This document shows, in pieces, positions 26,578-40,746 of a stretch of 64,000 bases of DNA. A program made the position numbers and the translations under genes. The first letter of the stretch is position 1; each line of letters begins with the position of its first letter. The stretch comes from Bugula neritina (taxonomy: Eukaryota > Animalia > Bryozoa), in NCBI GenBank assembly GCA_964035545.1, contig OZ037773.1:401751-465750 (forward strand). Direction: 5' to 3'. The notes under the pieces were generated by a model. It searched no databases, was not told the DNA's origin, and saw only the letters and a list, made by a program, of their open reading frames with translations.

Positions 26578-29500
26578 CTATTTTCTACCCATTTTTGTTC
26601 CAAGTCTTGCAAAATTCAAACCGGTCAGTTTCTAAAATTTACAAGAAAATAAAGTATTAATGTACATGATATCATAATAATATAAACACACTTTCTGTAT
26701 TTAGATTACTTTGTACTAAATACTTTATAAATAAATAAAAGTAAGTAAATAAATATGTAAGAAGCTAAATTTTACAACATGACACTTCAAAGCAATGTTT
26801 ATTCAGAATATTAGAGTAATAAATAGCTTTCGGCCATATTTCTCAATTAATACATGTTTCAGCTCCTGGTTCATCAAACTATAGATTGATATGTTGTTAT
26901 AAATAAGGCTATACTTGAGACATAATGTATAATGAAAGTGAATTATTAACAAATTACACATTGAAGTTCAAAAACATAATTCTTGTTAGATAGCCCGTGC
27001 TCTCTGTAAATAGGAGACTAAACGACGAACCTGGCACTGATAGCCCAGTCTAGCTAACGAGTTTACATCTAATAGGGGAACACAGGAGGGTCTGCCATGG
27101 GCACACTGGAAGGGCAGGCAACAGCCTGACAGTGTTTTTATGAGGGACTTGCACTGAGATCTTGTCAATTCATCACCAAACTTTATAGAGCCTGAAGTGG
27201 ATACAGAGTAGAGTATACAGAGTAGAGTATACAGAGTAGAATATACAGAGTATACAGAGTAGAGTATACAGAGTATACAGAGTATACAGAGTAGAGTATA
27301 CAGAGTAGAGTATACAGAGTAGAGTATACAGAGTAGAGTATACAGAGTAGAGTATACAGAGTAGAGTATACAGAGTAGAGTATACAGAGTAGAGTATACA
27401 GAGTAGAGTATACAGAGTAGAGTATACAGAGTAGAGTATACAGAGTAGAGTATACAGAGTAGAGTATACAGAGTAGAGTATACAGAGTAGAGTATACAAA
27501 GTATACAGAGTAGAGTATACAGAGTAGAGTATACAGAGTATACAGAGTAGAGTATACAGAGTAGAGTATACAGAGTATACAGAGTAGAGTATACAGAGTA
27601 GAGTATACAGAGTAGAGTATACAAAGTATACAGAGTAGAGTATACAGAGTAGAGTATACAGAGTATACAGAGTAGAGTATACAGAGTAGAGTATACAGAG
27701 TAGAGTATACAGAGTAGAGTATACAGAGTAGAGTATACAGAGTAGAGTATACAGAGTATACAGAGTATACAGAGTATACAGAGTATACAGAGTATACAGA
27801 GTATACAGAGTATACAGAGTATACAGAGTATACAGAGTATACAGAGTATACAGAGTATACAGAGTATACAGAGTATACAGAGTATACAGAGTATACAGAG
27901 TATACAGAGTATACAGAGTATACAGAGTATACAGAGTATACAGAGTATACAGAGTATACAGAGTATACAGAGTATACAGAGTATACAGAGTAGAGTATAC
28001 AGAGTAGAGTATACAGAGTAGAGTATACAGAGTAGTATACAGAATATTTAAAAGAAAGGGTGCAGAGGAAAGTACATAGTATAGAGTAAAAAGAGAAGTC
28101 TCGCTATAGTACCACCAGTACAATAAATAGCGTAAATAAACCAAAGCAATTCTCCAATTGATTTGGCTTGAGTAATATGAAGTACTAAAACACTTTTTCC
28201 AATAAGATTTTGTGGTCTCACATGGTGGACACCATTTCTCTATTTTCTATAAACCCAAAATTAGCCAACTCTTTACACTGCAGGGCGTTACCATTACATC
28301 CTAGATTAGCAATGTGCAGTTCAATCAAGAAGTCATGAATCATTATTAGATGGAGTTATTCCCCCTCTAGGGAGGCTAACAGGCTACAGTTTAATGTTGG
28401 CTGTTCACTTTCCAAAAATATAAATTAGAACTTTTGAAATTCAATTCTATCCTAAAATATGTGCTTTTAGCTAAAATTCTTATTGTTTGCAAATTTACCA
28501 CCATTAAGATAAAATTTTTATTAAACAAATGCTTTTATATTAAAACTCTAGGGTCCTTTAATAAGTGCATGTAAAATTTGAATTTAACACTGTTTGTCTT
28601 GCCTTTACATTTCTAATTATATGTTTATTTTATTTACATAATTTAAACTTCAATATTCAGTTTGTGCTATAAAGATGGAATTTACAAGTTAGAGCTCCCT
28701 CTGGCTAACATTAAGATATCTTTTAGTAATTCTAATGGTAATACAACATAGAGTGTTGATAGGTATTCTGTAGAGATCATATGTATGCTCTCCTTACTGC
28801 CTGACAAACAACTCACCTCTACAAGCATGTGAATTGAGACACTCCTGGTAAGCCTTAGGTCTAATAACAGCAGTACAGCCTCTCTCCAACACCTCGGACA
28901 CCACACTTTCTACATATTTCTACGCAATATAATAACTCAGCTATAGCGCCTGCATATTTATTCTCGGTGAGAGAGGGCTTAAAGTTATGCGTGAGACAGT
29001 GCTATGGTATGTAAATTTAAACTTCAAAGCTCTCACATTGCAACCAGATACACCTGCATAACTGAGGTCAGCGAGAAAATATATAATATGATACATCATA
29101 CAAAAATATAATATAACATAGTGGACCATATTGTCATATAAATACCCCTTTATGACAGTACTGATATAGAATACATGTAATATTTTTACCTTAAAATAGG
29201 AGTTATCATCTTTTGCATACTCGAGTATCAGAAGAGGGAGTGAAAATACCTGGACGCTCGTTGTGCTCTCAACAGATAACGAAATGCCTACAGAACGAGT
29301 TGTAATTACAGTGAATAATGATTATATAATGTACTTCAAAAACCCCTTGAGTAAAGAGAAACCAGCTATTCTGGTATATCAAATAAAGTCAAATATTATT
29401 CATGTCCGTTGAAATTTAATTAATTCATTGCCTAATAAAATACCTGAGATGTCCGAGAGCTAAATATAACTGCAGCAAACAAGCTCTACACTCCTAGATA

Positions 29501-32500
29501 ACTTTAGACAAGGCTGTTTGTGAAGCAAAATATGATTGTAAAGTAGAGCCTGTTTCACCCTACAGCTACAATGCTAGGAACTTGATATTCAAGCTACCTA
29601 AGAGTGGAGAAATCTGCAGTCTACCTAACTTAGCAACGTAATCTCTGGAGGCTTTCTCCACCAAGAATTGGCAGACATTCTCTTCGAGCTGCACAGTGAG
29701 AGGCTGTTTGAGCGAGTCATACAGGATATGACCAGACTTGCTGCCAATATTCTTGCTGCCGGTATACTTTCTGTCGAGCAGTTCTACTCGAACTCTCTCG
29801 TGCGCTGCATGCTGGTCTACGGCCAGTAAGACCACCTCACCTGACAACATCAAGTAATTTAGAAATAGTATTCTTTGTATATCATCGAGTTCTTTTATTG
29901 TATGTACAACTCTTGACATGCGAAGACAGCTTCTCTTATGACTTTATTAAGTTCACACTAAAAGAGTAGTTTTTGTGGCTTATATTTGAATATCTTGTGA
30001 CTGTAGCCAGGAGTGTGCTGAACCCCTCATAACTTGACCCCTTAATTTGATAAGAATAATTAAAGGGGATGTCAATTACATAATAATACAATATTTACAT
30101 CTTCCTAGTAAATTTTGTGGTATTGTGTTACTATAAGTACCAAATTGTGCTAAGTTTAACCCAATTGATTTGCACTACAGAAAAATTTTTTGAGTAATAA
30201 CCTGTAAGCTAATATAAATTACACAATACCACTATATATCTGATGTCACAATATGGAATACATATTTTGCAGAATTATTTTCGTATGAAGATTCAGTGCG
30301 ATGCTATTAATAGTAAATATATGAAGGTAACTACAGCACCACTCTATAGACATGATGGTAGAGATAGTACTGTGGCATGCACACTGTATTGTGACATATT
30401 GTGACACTACCAAAAAGTCACCGACTAAACATTTATTCAGTTGAGACAAGCAACATATGGTGACCAACTTGAAGCCCCAAGCCTAACTTAAATGTACCTT
30501 TCACAGGTTAATGGGTAAAAAACATTGTAACTTAATTAATATCAATTACTTGTGTTTGCTGAAATTAAGACATCAAGGTCACTTTAGGCCTAGTGCTTTG
30601 GTAAACATTTTTGTAAAAAGAAAATATGACAAAGCTCTGTAGAACAAATTTATCAATAGAGAAAGTCAGCTATCTTATTTCACTATATTCATAGTGCAGA
30701 CAACTCTCCATCCCCATATATTCACGCCTCATCTCCATCATTGCAACACAAAGGTACACTTCCAATATTTTGAATCAACTGACGACATTTTTTTAAATTG
30801 TGAACAAATAGATAGAAGGACATGTAGTAGTATGAAATACATGTCCTTCTATCTATTTCATACTACTACATGTCCTATCTATTTCACGTAATGCATGGCG
30901 TGTCTTACCTGATCTTGTTTTGCTAACAACCAAAATAAATTGATTTCCCCATTGACCAATCACATCAGAGGTAACAGAAAGCATGTCTGCCGTTAAACTG
31001 ACCTCTTTCTTAAAGGTCAATGGTGCAAGAACTTCCTAAAATCAGTGAAGATAATTTACAGACCATCAACTAGCAAAACCCACATTCTATTATCATCTTA
31101 ATTATAACCTCTCTAAGCAATTTATTAAATAATGCAGCCAAAATATTATTGTGAACTCATTTGATTTGTGAAGTGCAAAACCAGTACAACTTACTCTATG
31201 GAAAGCTACAAAGTTCTTATTTCTGATTTGTTGAACCAGAGGCTCTACATTAGGCAGAGTATTTGGAGTTTTAAATGGTGTCTTATAAGGCTGCTCTCTG
31301 GTACGAGATAAACTGGGGGGTTTCAAAGGAGTGGTAGCAACTTCTGCAGCTAATAAAACATACAATGTATGGGAGAATATTACCCTATTCATATTATACA
31401 ACTCTTATTGCCCTTGCTTGCCTTCTATTGCAGTGCATGTGATCATATATAATACAACACATCAACCTATGTATTGGCATCTATATCAGTAAAAACAGCC
31501 TGCAATTATTCTATTTAAATTGAAAGTTCAAGTATACAACTATACTAAATATCTTACCAATCTCAACTTTTTCCGGGGGAAAAAAAGTATGAAGACACAT
31601 TTATTGTGCTAAGCTGCATAAAGTATCTTTTGACAATGACAAACTCATTTTGCATAAAAACATTAAAAGCATGTATATTAATATCTAACACTTACCGGAC
31701 TGCTGCACAACCTGATTGGCAGGTGTCAGGGCCGTTGTCAAAAGTTTGCTATTTGTGACACTCTGGTTGACATCCTCTGCAAGGTACTTCAGCTCCTCAC
31801 TAGTGAAAGACGACATGGAACTGACAGACGTGGTGTGGTTTGAAAGAGCGAGGGTAGAACATACATGCATGGCATTAACATCTTGAGAGTTTCTGATAGA
31901 AGTAGAAGCACATTGAAGAGATTTCTGAGGGATATTGCAACCTTGAAGCAATGGTTGGGGCTGAGCAGTGTTACTTGAAGCACCTTGGGGTACCTGTCGG
32001 GGCTGGTCATCACACTGGCGAGCACTTTGAAGGGCTTGATGAGACTGGTGTTTGGAATCTAGAAGACATTGAAGAGCTTGCTGGGATGGGCAAGAGTTGC
32101 ATGGAATACACTGAAGCATTTGCTGTGAGCTGGTTACCTGACTGTCCTGAACAACATGGTTGGGTTTAGCAGAGAGGGAAGGCATTTTCCATCCAATATC
32201 TAAAGCAATCTCTGACCAGCTGCTATCAGAAAATTTGTCATTTGGTGGACAATTTGAGTCAATTATATTATTTTTGGGAACAAAATTTCCTGGTAGTATG
32301 CCAGTATGCTGTGTATTAAAGGAAGTTGGGTTGCTTAAATTAAGAAATTCAAAATCAATGTGTTTATTTGCATTAATCTCAACATTATCTTCATGTTTGT
32401 ATTTATTTAGACTCAATGTCTTGTGGTATTTCTTTTTACAGAGATATAGTATAGCTTGCTTTGTTACTAGAGAGCAAGTGCTAAGAGATGCTGAGGGAGA

Positions 32501-35500
32501 GAGGAAGGCTATATTGTCTTCTAGATTGTTTTCATTTGAAATCTCCGGTTTAGACTCTCTACCAACATCTGAAGGGAAAAATTCCATTTCCTTGCTAAGC
32601 TGCTCTTTAGCACTTATTTCTGCACCTGAATCTAGAGCACTATTTTGTAACTCCATACTTCCATCAGTCAATTTATCTGAAGTTTTAGCATCAAAGTTAA
32701 CCTGCAGATTACTGTTAGTGTTTGAGAAGGTTTCCGGGGAGTGGTGCATGATCTCCTGAGGAGATGAACCAGAGCTGCCAGTTTCTGCTGGCAATGTGGA
32801 AATTTCCTGTGACGGTTGACTAACTCTGAAATCTGTGGAACAATTTACAGGGACATCCTTATTCGACATCACACATTCAGGGGAAGATGAAGAAACAGGC
32901 GAGACGGCAATATTGAAGCTAGTATTGCACTCGGGTACATGCTTAGAAATACTTGAGTCGTTACTTGAGTTAAGTACAGACGTCTGCACTGATGTAATAG
33001 AATGAGATTTGACAGACAGATTGTAGTTTGTGATAAATAAAGAACTGTTATGCTGGCTACCAAGGTGTTCAGCAAGGGAGGAGTGGGAACAGCCATCTAC
33101 ATGTGTTGAAACAGTCTCCAACCAGCTCCCGTGCTCTGTGAAATAAACAATTGTTAGAGTCAAATTAGCTGCATTGCTATGGACCTGCCTGTAGTAACAT
33201 GTCTGATTAAACAACCAAGCATAGAATCACATGATGAATCAGTACCAAGTCTAAGTAGCAACAAAAGCTTGTATGTTACAGTTACACACAGCTAGTGAAA
33301 ATCAGTTTCAAGTGAGTGAATAGAGAACCTAAGGATGAGAGGATAAGCATGGATCATGGGTATTGTAGATCTGCATGTGTAGATGGATAGTCACCTACTG
33401 GAGAGTCTGCCAACTGGAAGACTGCATCTGATGGACTTCTCTGTTCACTGTGTGGGTTATAGAGTTCCACGTCGTCAGGTATTACAGGTGAAACTGCTCC
33501 CCTCTCTGAACCTTGGTAGAGGAACTCACTGCTGCTGTCACTGCTGCTCTTCTCTCCTGCATTTAGACATCACGTCACATTCACTATGACAAATCTTATG
33601 ATATAAATTCAACAAACCTAAGTATAGCTCTGAATGTCAAAATCTGTAATTGGAAATCAAATAGCTATAATGTGTTATAATTTATATATCTTTTAATCTA
33701 CGAAGGGTTATATATTATATAGTTTACAAAGAATTGTATATTATATAGTTTACAAAGGGTCAATGCTTGCCTTCAATTATCTTTCTAAATATTTCATTTG
33801 CAGCTTCCTCAGAATTTTCGGACTTCTCGTTCTCCCAGCCATGTTCAAGGGAGACCCTGCAAGCAGAAGTACGTTGCTCTAACATACCAACAGGTGATCG
33901 CCAATAAGGTGAGTCACTAGGGACTCTTTGTCTCAAAGGAAATTGTTCCCTGGAACTGAAAAAACTAGGTGTTGAGTGTTCTCCAAATAAAGCCTGTTCT
34001 GTTCCCTTGCGCTTTGGAGTTGTCAACTCTCTGGTCCTTACATGGTCATGTGCTCTAAAGGTAGGAGGTATTTTTAGTTCGACATCTTTCCCATAGTCAC
34101 ACCCCGTTGTTAAAGGAGAACTAAAATTAAAATGCAGCTGGAAAGGATCCAAGGCCATGCCTCCACTAACATTCCTTGAGTCACGAGAGAGTAAAGCATT
34201 TTCCGGAAAGTCGGGTGTGTGGTTTGATCTCCGGTAGAAGGCAGGTGTAGTGCATCCTTCCCTCTCCGGTAGACATAACTTGCTTTTGTATGTGACTGCT
34301 GGGTAATTCATATCAACTACTGCCAGTGGGGCATTGTGGGTAACTCGCCGCTCTTTCCTGTATCTTGTATCAACCGGTTTCAATTGCCGCTTCCTTCCAT
34401 TTCCACTACAACGTTCAGACGCCCAGTTGTTCAGATTTTCAGCTGAAACTCTTCTGGGAATACTGTAACCTGCCTCCTGATTTGACACGTGAATTTTCAA
34501 CTGTCGGCCAAATACTGACCGTGAATTTCCACCTACGAAACGAAAACCGCAAAGAACCATCAACATGCACAAACAGCATTTCACAAAATTTCTATTCTAC
34601 TTGCTTTATGTAAAGCAGTTTGAGATATTGAAAAAGTGAACATAAATTAGACACAACATTGCATACTAGCCCAATCAATGTAGGCTTCCATTCATTAACA
34701 TTAAATTTAAGTTGCCGTGCAAAACTTTTAGTCTTCAAAACAATCATATTTTTTCATGTGTGTTTCGTTTTGTAATCAACTGCGCTTATAGAAAATAGAA
34801 TGTTACCTTCTCCATTGAAGCTGGTGTGGAACCCGCATCTAGCTGTGGGTTTAGAGTGGCTCTTGTTCTGCCAAGTCAGCATATCCAGGTTGGAAAGAGA
34901 CCCATTGCTGCCAGATGTAGGAGAGTGACATATGCTGCCGGCATGAGGACGGGTAGAGAGTTGAGTAGCATCTTCCAGACAGAGTTCAGAGTCTGAATCT
35001 GATAACCTCGGCACCTGCATGGTACAGTCTCAGACTATGTCTACACACTCAGATTACATACTCAGATTATAATGTTTAGACTCGGACTACGTCTATATAT
35101 TCAGATTACACGCTCTGTATAGTAATAAAACACCACCTTGTCAGGAATATATTTAGTGAGCCAATAGACTATGTGAGAAACTGGAGTATTTTGGGGTCCG
35201 CAGCGAGATGTCAGCTTCACTGGGGGACTGTACTTCCCCGTATCATCAGGTATTTGAGGGACAGGAGGCCCGAGTCTAGCATCAATAATGTCATCAGCTA
35301 TCGGGGCAGCACTGCAAGCGGTTAGCAAGTTATTACTGTATATTGAAATAAAGGGGCAGCTGTACTCCAGCATATAGAGACGTTAATATAGCATGTTGGA
35401 ACATTAGTATAGCATGTAGAGATGTTAATATAGTACGTAGGGACGTTATTATAACATATAAAGACGTTAGCATAGCATGTGAAGACGTCAGCATAGCATG

Positions 35501-38500
35501 TAGATACGTTAGTATAGCATGTAGAGACGTTGATATAGCATGTAAAGACGTTAGCATAGCATGTAGACGTTAGCGTAGCATGCAGGGACGTTAGCATAGC
35601 ATGTAGACGTTAGCGTAGCATGCAGGGACGTTAGCATGGCATGTAGACGTTAGCATAGCATGTAGGGAGGTTAGCATAGGATGTAGACATTAGTATAGCA
35701 GGACACACATAACAAACTCTGTTAAAAGTTAGCAGCTCAGAAACAATAGCAATAGATGTGTTTAAAATTGATAAAGAATTAATATAAAATCAACAAACCA
35801 TTTACTCTGAGAGCCAATTGGTTGCTCACTTGTAACCACATCTGTGGTTAGTTGACACTCTGGCTCTTTAGGAGCAGAGTGTAGAGAGTGTGAACCAGAC
35901 TCATTCCTGTTTGAAGTTGTTGAACTGAGATCAGTTGGTCCAGAGTTCTTACTCTAAAAGTTGAGATCACTTCCATCACTAACACAAGAATGTTAGCCTT
36001 TGAGCAGAATGGAATCAATAGTTAAGGTTTTAGTGAACATTCTTACCACCTTCTAGACTAATTCTTTTATGGTTTAATTTACATACTCAAGTCGAATAGA
36101 ATTATTGGAAACACTTAGCATTAAATTTCATAAAATAATTCAGAAAGCTGGAAGATACTAAAAATAATATTCATGTCCTATTGGCGGAACTGAGCATGTT
36201 AACTGAATAATAGCACTTCAAACAGTTAATTGTTGTATCTTCATTCATAAATTTGAATCATCGACCATGAAATTAAGCTAAAAAAAACTTAACTATTGTA
36301 GATTGTTTACTAACGGAAGTAAATACATGTTTAAGATGGCTCTATTGGCCTGAGAGACAATGGACATACTTTGTACAGGTTGTGTTTTATTAAAAACTTT
36401 TTGATGATTTTGAAGACAGAGTTGAGCAGAGCCGGCCAGTTGTGGAAGTCCAGGGAGGTTAGTTCAGAGTGGTGAGAGACTCTATACAGCGACCTCTTAC
36501 ATCTGATGTCGAGTATGTACAGGAAGTGGGCAGACTTTGACAGCATCTTCTCGGCGTTGGCTAGAAACATGGAAATATAAGTCAACAGAATTGATAATTG
36601 ACAGTTTAAAGCTTGTTTTGCAAGTGAGTGAATACTTTTCATGCATAAAAACTTTATTCTGCTAACAGCTATGATTATAATTATAAGAACATCTCATAGT
36701 AAGTATTATGTAGCTAACAATAAGACATGCAATTTTATTTTTATTATAATATTATATTACTCATTACCAATATTATCTACTATATATTACCACATTATAT
36801 TATTAAAATAAAAATATTATGGAACAGCACTACAAGAATATGTTTTCTTACATTTGTTTTGTTGAACTAAAGATTTTGTTCATTATACACTACAAACTTG
36901 AAATACTACTACTAGCCATGATACAATTACTGTGCTTGATGGAATTATAGAAAGGCGTAATCTCATATGATGCATGATGATAAAGCAAAGCATGCTCAGG
37001 AAACGACTCTAGTATTATAGAATTTAAAGTCCGTACACACAGGTAACATACACATGTCTTATATATGTATCATACAGGACAGAATAACCCACTTTGCTCA
37101 TCTGTGTTCTTACTGCTTGGCGCAGAGATGGCTGAGGCCTTGAGCTGAGCATCAATTGATTGCTGAATTCTTTGAGAGCCCAGCTGCCTGTGGTTGACTG
37201 TAACCAACTTGATCTTCCTACCCCTGTACGCTGTCGTGCTGACCACACCAACTATCTGTATGCAAGAGTGGCTCCCCCTCAGACTGTGAATGTTGGAACA
37301 GTAGTCACTGCCGTGAGTATCCAGTATAGCATCTATACAGGAAAAGCTAATGTGCAGAACGTGCAGACATAGACAAGTGTCATGAGAGGAAAGCAAAAGC
37401 AGACCTCAGGTTTACAGCATATCACTCGCCAACAAACAATGCAATGACAGAACTCTAGATATATTCATTATATTCAGTAGCGGGCAGGTGGTCTTACTGT
37501 CATCACAAGCATAGTGTCTCTTCTTCAAGTTTACCATCACTCACTTATGATATCAGGAAATGTACACAAGTTTGAAACATATATTTGTTCTAAGACGCAA
37601 GCTCTGTTGAAAGAAGAGCTTACAGAAGATACCAAAAATAAATAGAAACCTTTAATAGAAGTTATTCTGCTGGTGTTGATCAGCACTTTCCCATTCTGCT
37701 CGTCACGCAAAGAGAGTGAAATTTTTCCAGCTAGACTGATGGCAAGACCTTGCACCAACTCCACTATTTCTTTCAGTGACTTAGTCTCATTGGTGTGTTT
37801 CTTCCTCACCGGTTGCTTGTGAAAGAGGTTATGCACAGTGACGGTGGTGCCAGCACTGGGGCGTTCATCTGAGAGCTTGTCAACCACACCTTCAACATCA
37901 AACAGATCTTCAACATTGAACACACCTTTAACAATGAACACAATTTTAAGATTGCTAACAGCTAAAGGGAGGCTCTCGCATAACATTTATATGCCATACA
38001 ATTGGCCAAGAAATAGCAGACCTATCAAATTCGAAGTAACAAGAAACATTTTTTAAGAAACACCTAGGTTCTCGCAGATAGCTGCAGCACAAAAGGTAGT
38101 CTGTGACTGTGATATAAATTTGAATTAAATTATGGAAAAATAGTGAATCAACTGACCGACTTTGTCATGAAACACCTTGCGATACGTGGCACAGTCTGCC
38201 GGGTTATTGCGTCGTGAGATAACCTCTACCTTTTCACTGACAGCTATAATGTTGGCTATGGCGGAACCACTATTTCCATGCCATACCGAGGGCTGCTCTA
38301 ATGTGCGGATATTCTGATTAGACTTTCTGTAGAAGATGTTGTAATGAACATTAGAGATGGCATAGGAAACAGAGTATATATTAGCCGTGTAATGATTTTA
38401 TTATTTAAAAATTTTCACCTAAAGCTTCTATGAAAAAGAAATATCTGTGCTGTATTAATATAGTGCTATCAACGCACATGACTGCTATACACACACGTAT

Positions 38501-38908
38501 TTGCAATATTTCAGAAGCCAACTACATCTGCATCCATAGGCTTCGTTACGATGCCAATCTTCTAATTTATTGACGTAAATAATAGCTAAAGACATTTAGG
38601 CATTAACCAAAAATCACAATACTGATAATTAATAGTGCTGCATACTTCTCCGCAAGTCTAAGCATTTCTGATTGTGTAATTCCCACTCCATTATCTACAA
38701 CTTGCGCATAAGCCCTTGCGACATCAACTCTGATGCTAATACAATTGGGAGATGAAGCTACAGCATTTAACACTAGCTCTTCAACACAGCGAGTCAGGCT
38801 TGTCACAGCATAGTCAGGTTTAAAATTCTCAAAAGATGGAAAGAAATCTTTCAGCTGTGTTGTTGATTTCACAGCAGGTCGAGATTGCTTCTTGGAAACT
38901 TGTTTCCA
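26578..38908 (-). CDS. MLH3: DNA mismatch repair / meiotic crossover endonuclease MLH3 (MutL-gamma subunit); true start unresolved
   Basis: Exons (minus strand): ~38908-38646, 38326-38157, 37925-37650, 37332-37093, 36560-36370, 35953-35799, 35311-35137, 35014-34807, 34532-33771, 33556-33395, 33135-31696, 31349-31195, 31035-30909, 29840-29625, 29287-29190, 28919-28817, 27191-27031, 26631-26578; phases consistent. N-terminal CVEELVLN, VVDNGVG, SAGTTVTVHNLF..PVR; long Ser-rich linker; C-terminal DQHAAHERVRVE, ACRGSIKFGD.L and LPFQCAHGRPS are diagnostic of MLH3. Confidence 0.95.
27202..28042. repeat. Compound 14-bp (tatacagagtagag) / 9-bp (tatacagag) satellite abutting an MLH3 acceptor
   Basis: Directly visible; ends about 10 nt from the acceptor at 27192. 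Confidence 0.97.
35375..35700. repeat. 19-21-bp minisatellite (gacgttagcatagcatgtaga)n in an MLH3 intron
   Basis: Direct tandem periodicity, more diverged at the left end. Confidence 0.9.
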
Positions 38909-39974
38909 CTATTAATTGACAGTTAAAACTCCCACTATTATAAACACATTGAATAATAGCATGTTTGAAACATGTAAACATTAAAGTTATAAGTATGAGA
39001 TCTTTCAAGTGGAGACTCTTTATAGCTGTGCCTAAGTTGGCTAGGTAAACAATAATGCATTTTTCCACTGTCTATTTGTAAAAATATTTCAAAATAACAA
39101 CAGAGGAAACTGCTATAACAAGCTGAGGTATATAAACAAAGCATAACATATATTAAGGAGACAATGCCAAGTTGGAAAAGAAGCATAACATACCATAACA
39201 TTCATCCTTAGAATCCATTTTGTAATAATTTACAAATTGTCTGAAGCCTTTTCATCATAAGTCCATCCCTGTGATACAAATTTCAACCTTATTTGACTAT
39301 TAAAAATATTAGAAAATTAAAGGTTTGTGTTTGCTGTTTTTTAATTTTATTTTTTGGTAGAGGGTCTACTAAATAGTAGCAAACAAGAAACTATAAAAAA
39401 TATTTTCTAGATCTACAATTCCATTTCATTGCTTAACAGTGTTGGGTTTGTAACCTAATATCCTGGCTATGTAGCAACTAATAGTAAGCAACTAAAATTA
39501 CCACAATCTATTCTTCAAAAACTACAAACGTTATTATGAGTATTTCACATTTCACAAAATCAAATGAAACTTAGAATGAAAGAATAAACAATGCATAGTA
39601 GATAAACTTTAGCTATGAGAACATTTATAGCATTGTCAACGTTGAGCAACTAGCTGTGGTAAAATAACTATTACAACACAACACCAATAGGGATTATTAT
39701 TATGCCACACCTCCATATAATTGTTATCTTCTAACCATAAATAGAAATAAAACTTATGTTCAGTTTTCAAGCAAGTATATTTTTTGTCTTTGAATTTCTA
39801 GCACAAATTGAAATTAATTACGAAAAAAGTTACAAATTAATAACCCAGTGAGAAGAATATTACTACCAGTCACTGCCAAGTTTGGAACAAAAGCATTTAA
39901 AATGTTATAACCTATGGTAATGCTAATTATAGAGCCATTTAATATATTTCTTAATATTCAAAAGTATTATCACT

Positions 39975-40746
39975 ATTATGACAAGAACATCTAGAGGACG
40001 CAGGTCTCAAGGTGAGCCGGAAGAAAAGGGAGCATCTTTCACCAAAGTAAAGCACCAGAAGGATCAGAATAAAAAGATATGACCAGGAAGATTATACTGA
40101 GCTACCAACAACAAGCAAGTTCAAGTATCTGGGGACAGTGATAAATCAGGATGGAGGCTGTGAAGCAGAAGTCACAAGAAGAATAAGTGCAGCGTGGGAT
40201 AGATGGAGGGACTTATCAGGAGTTCTGTGTGATAAAAAAGTGCCTAGGCAACTGAAGGTATTACTCTACAAAACAATCATAAAACCAACACTGATATAAT
40301 ATATATATATATGGCAATGAAACATGGCCTATCACCCAGAGGCAAGAACAAAGGATAGAGGCAAACGAAATGCGAGTGCTCAGGCACATACATGGAATAA
40401 ACTGGGAGGATCATTTTAGGAATGAAGACATAAGGAGCGAAGCTAAGGTTAAACCTGTGTCTAGGCATATGAGGAAGAAAAGATATCAGTGGTATGGTCA
40501 TGTGCAGAGGAGAGATGGTGAAGAGGATATTAGATATGTGACTGAGTTAAAAATATTGGGGAAGAGAAAGAGAGGACGGCCCAAACGAAGATGGATGGAC
40601 ACGATAGGAGATGACATGAAGCGGTGGGGCCTTGAACCAGAGGATGCAGAAAAACCGGGAAAGATGGCAGACGCTGATAGAAATTGGGAACCTGCAGACC
40701 GGTCACCCGTACAGGACTACAACCGTATAGGTGTGAAAAGTGTGAA
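39975..40746 (+). mobile_element. 5'-truncated, decayed RTE-clade non-LTR retrotransposon (RT thumb / C-terminal region)
   Basis: Translates to FKYLGTVINQDGGCEAEVTRRISAAW..LSGVLCDKKVP..LKVLLYKTIIKPTL.Y, GNETWP, EMRVLR.I.G..WEDHFRNEDIR, QWYGHVQRR, GKRKRGRPKRRWMD; frameshifted. Confidence 0.9.

Noticed and set aside
27173-28144. 323-aa YTL-repeat ORF
   Set aside because: Satellite translation; only 27191-27031, in another frame, is a real exon.
32160-32759. 199-aa plus-strand ORF
   Set aside because: Antisense shadow of the large MLH3 linker exon.
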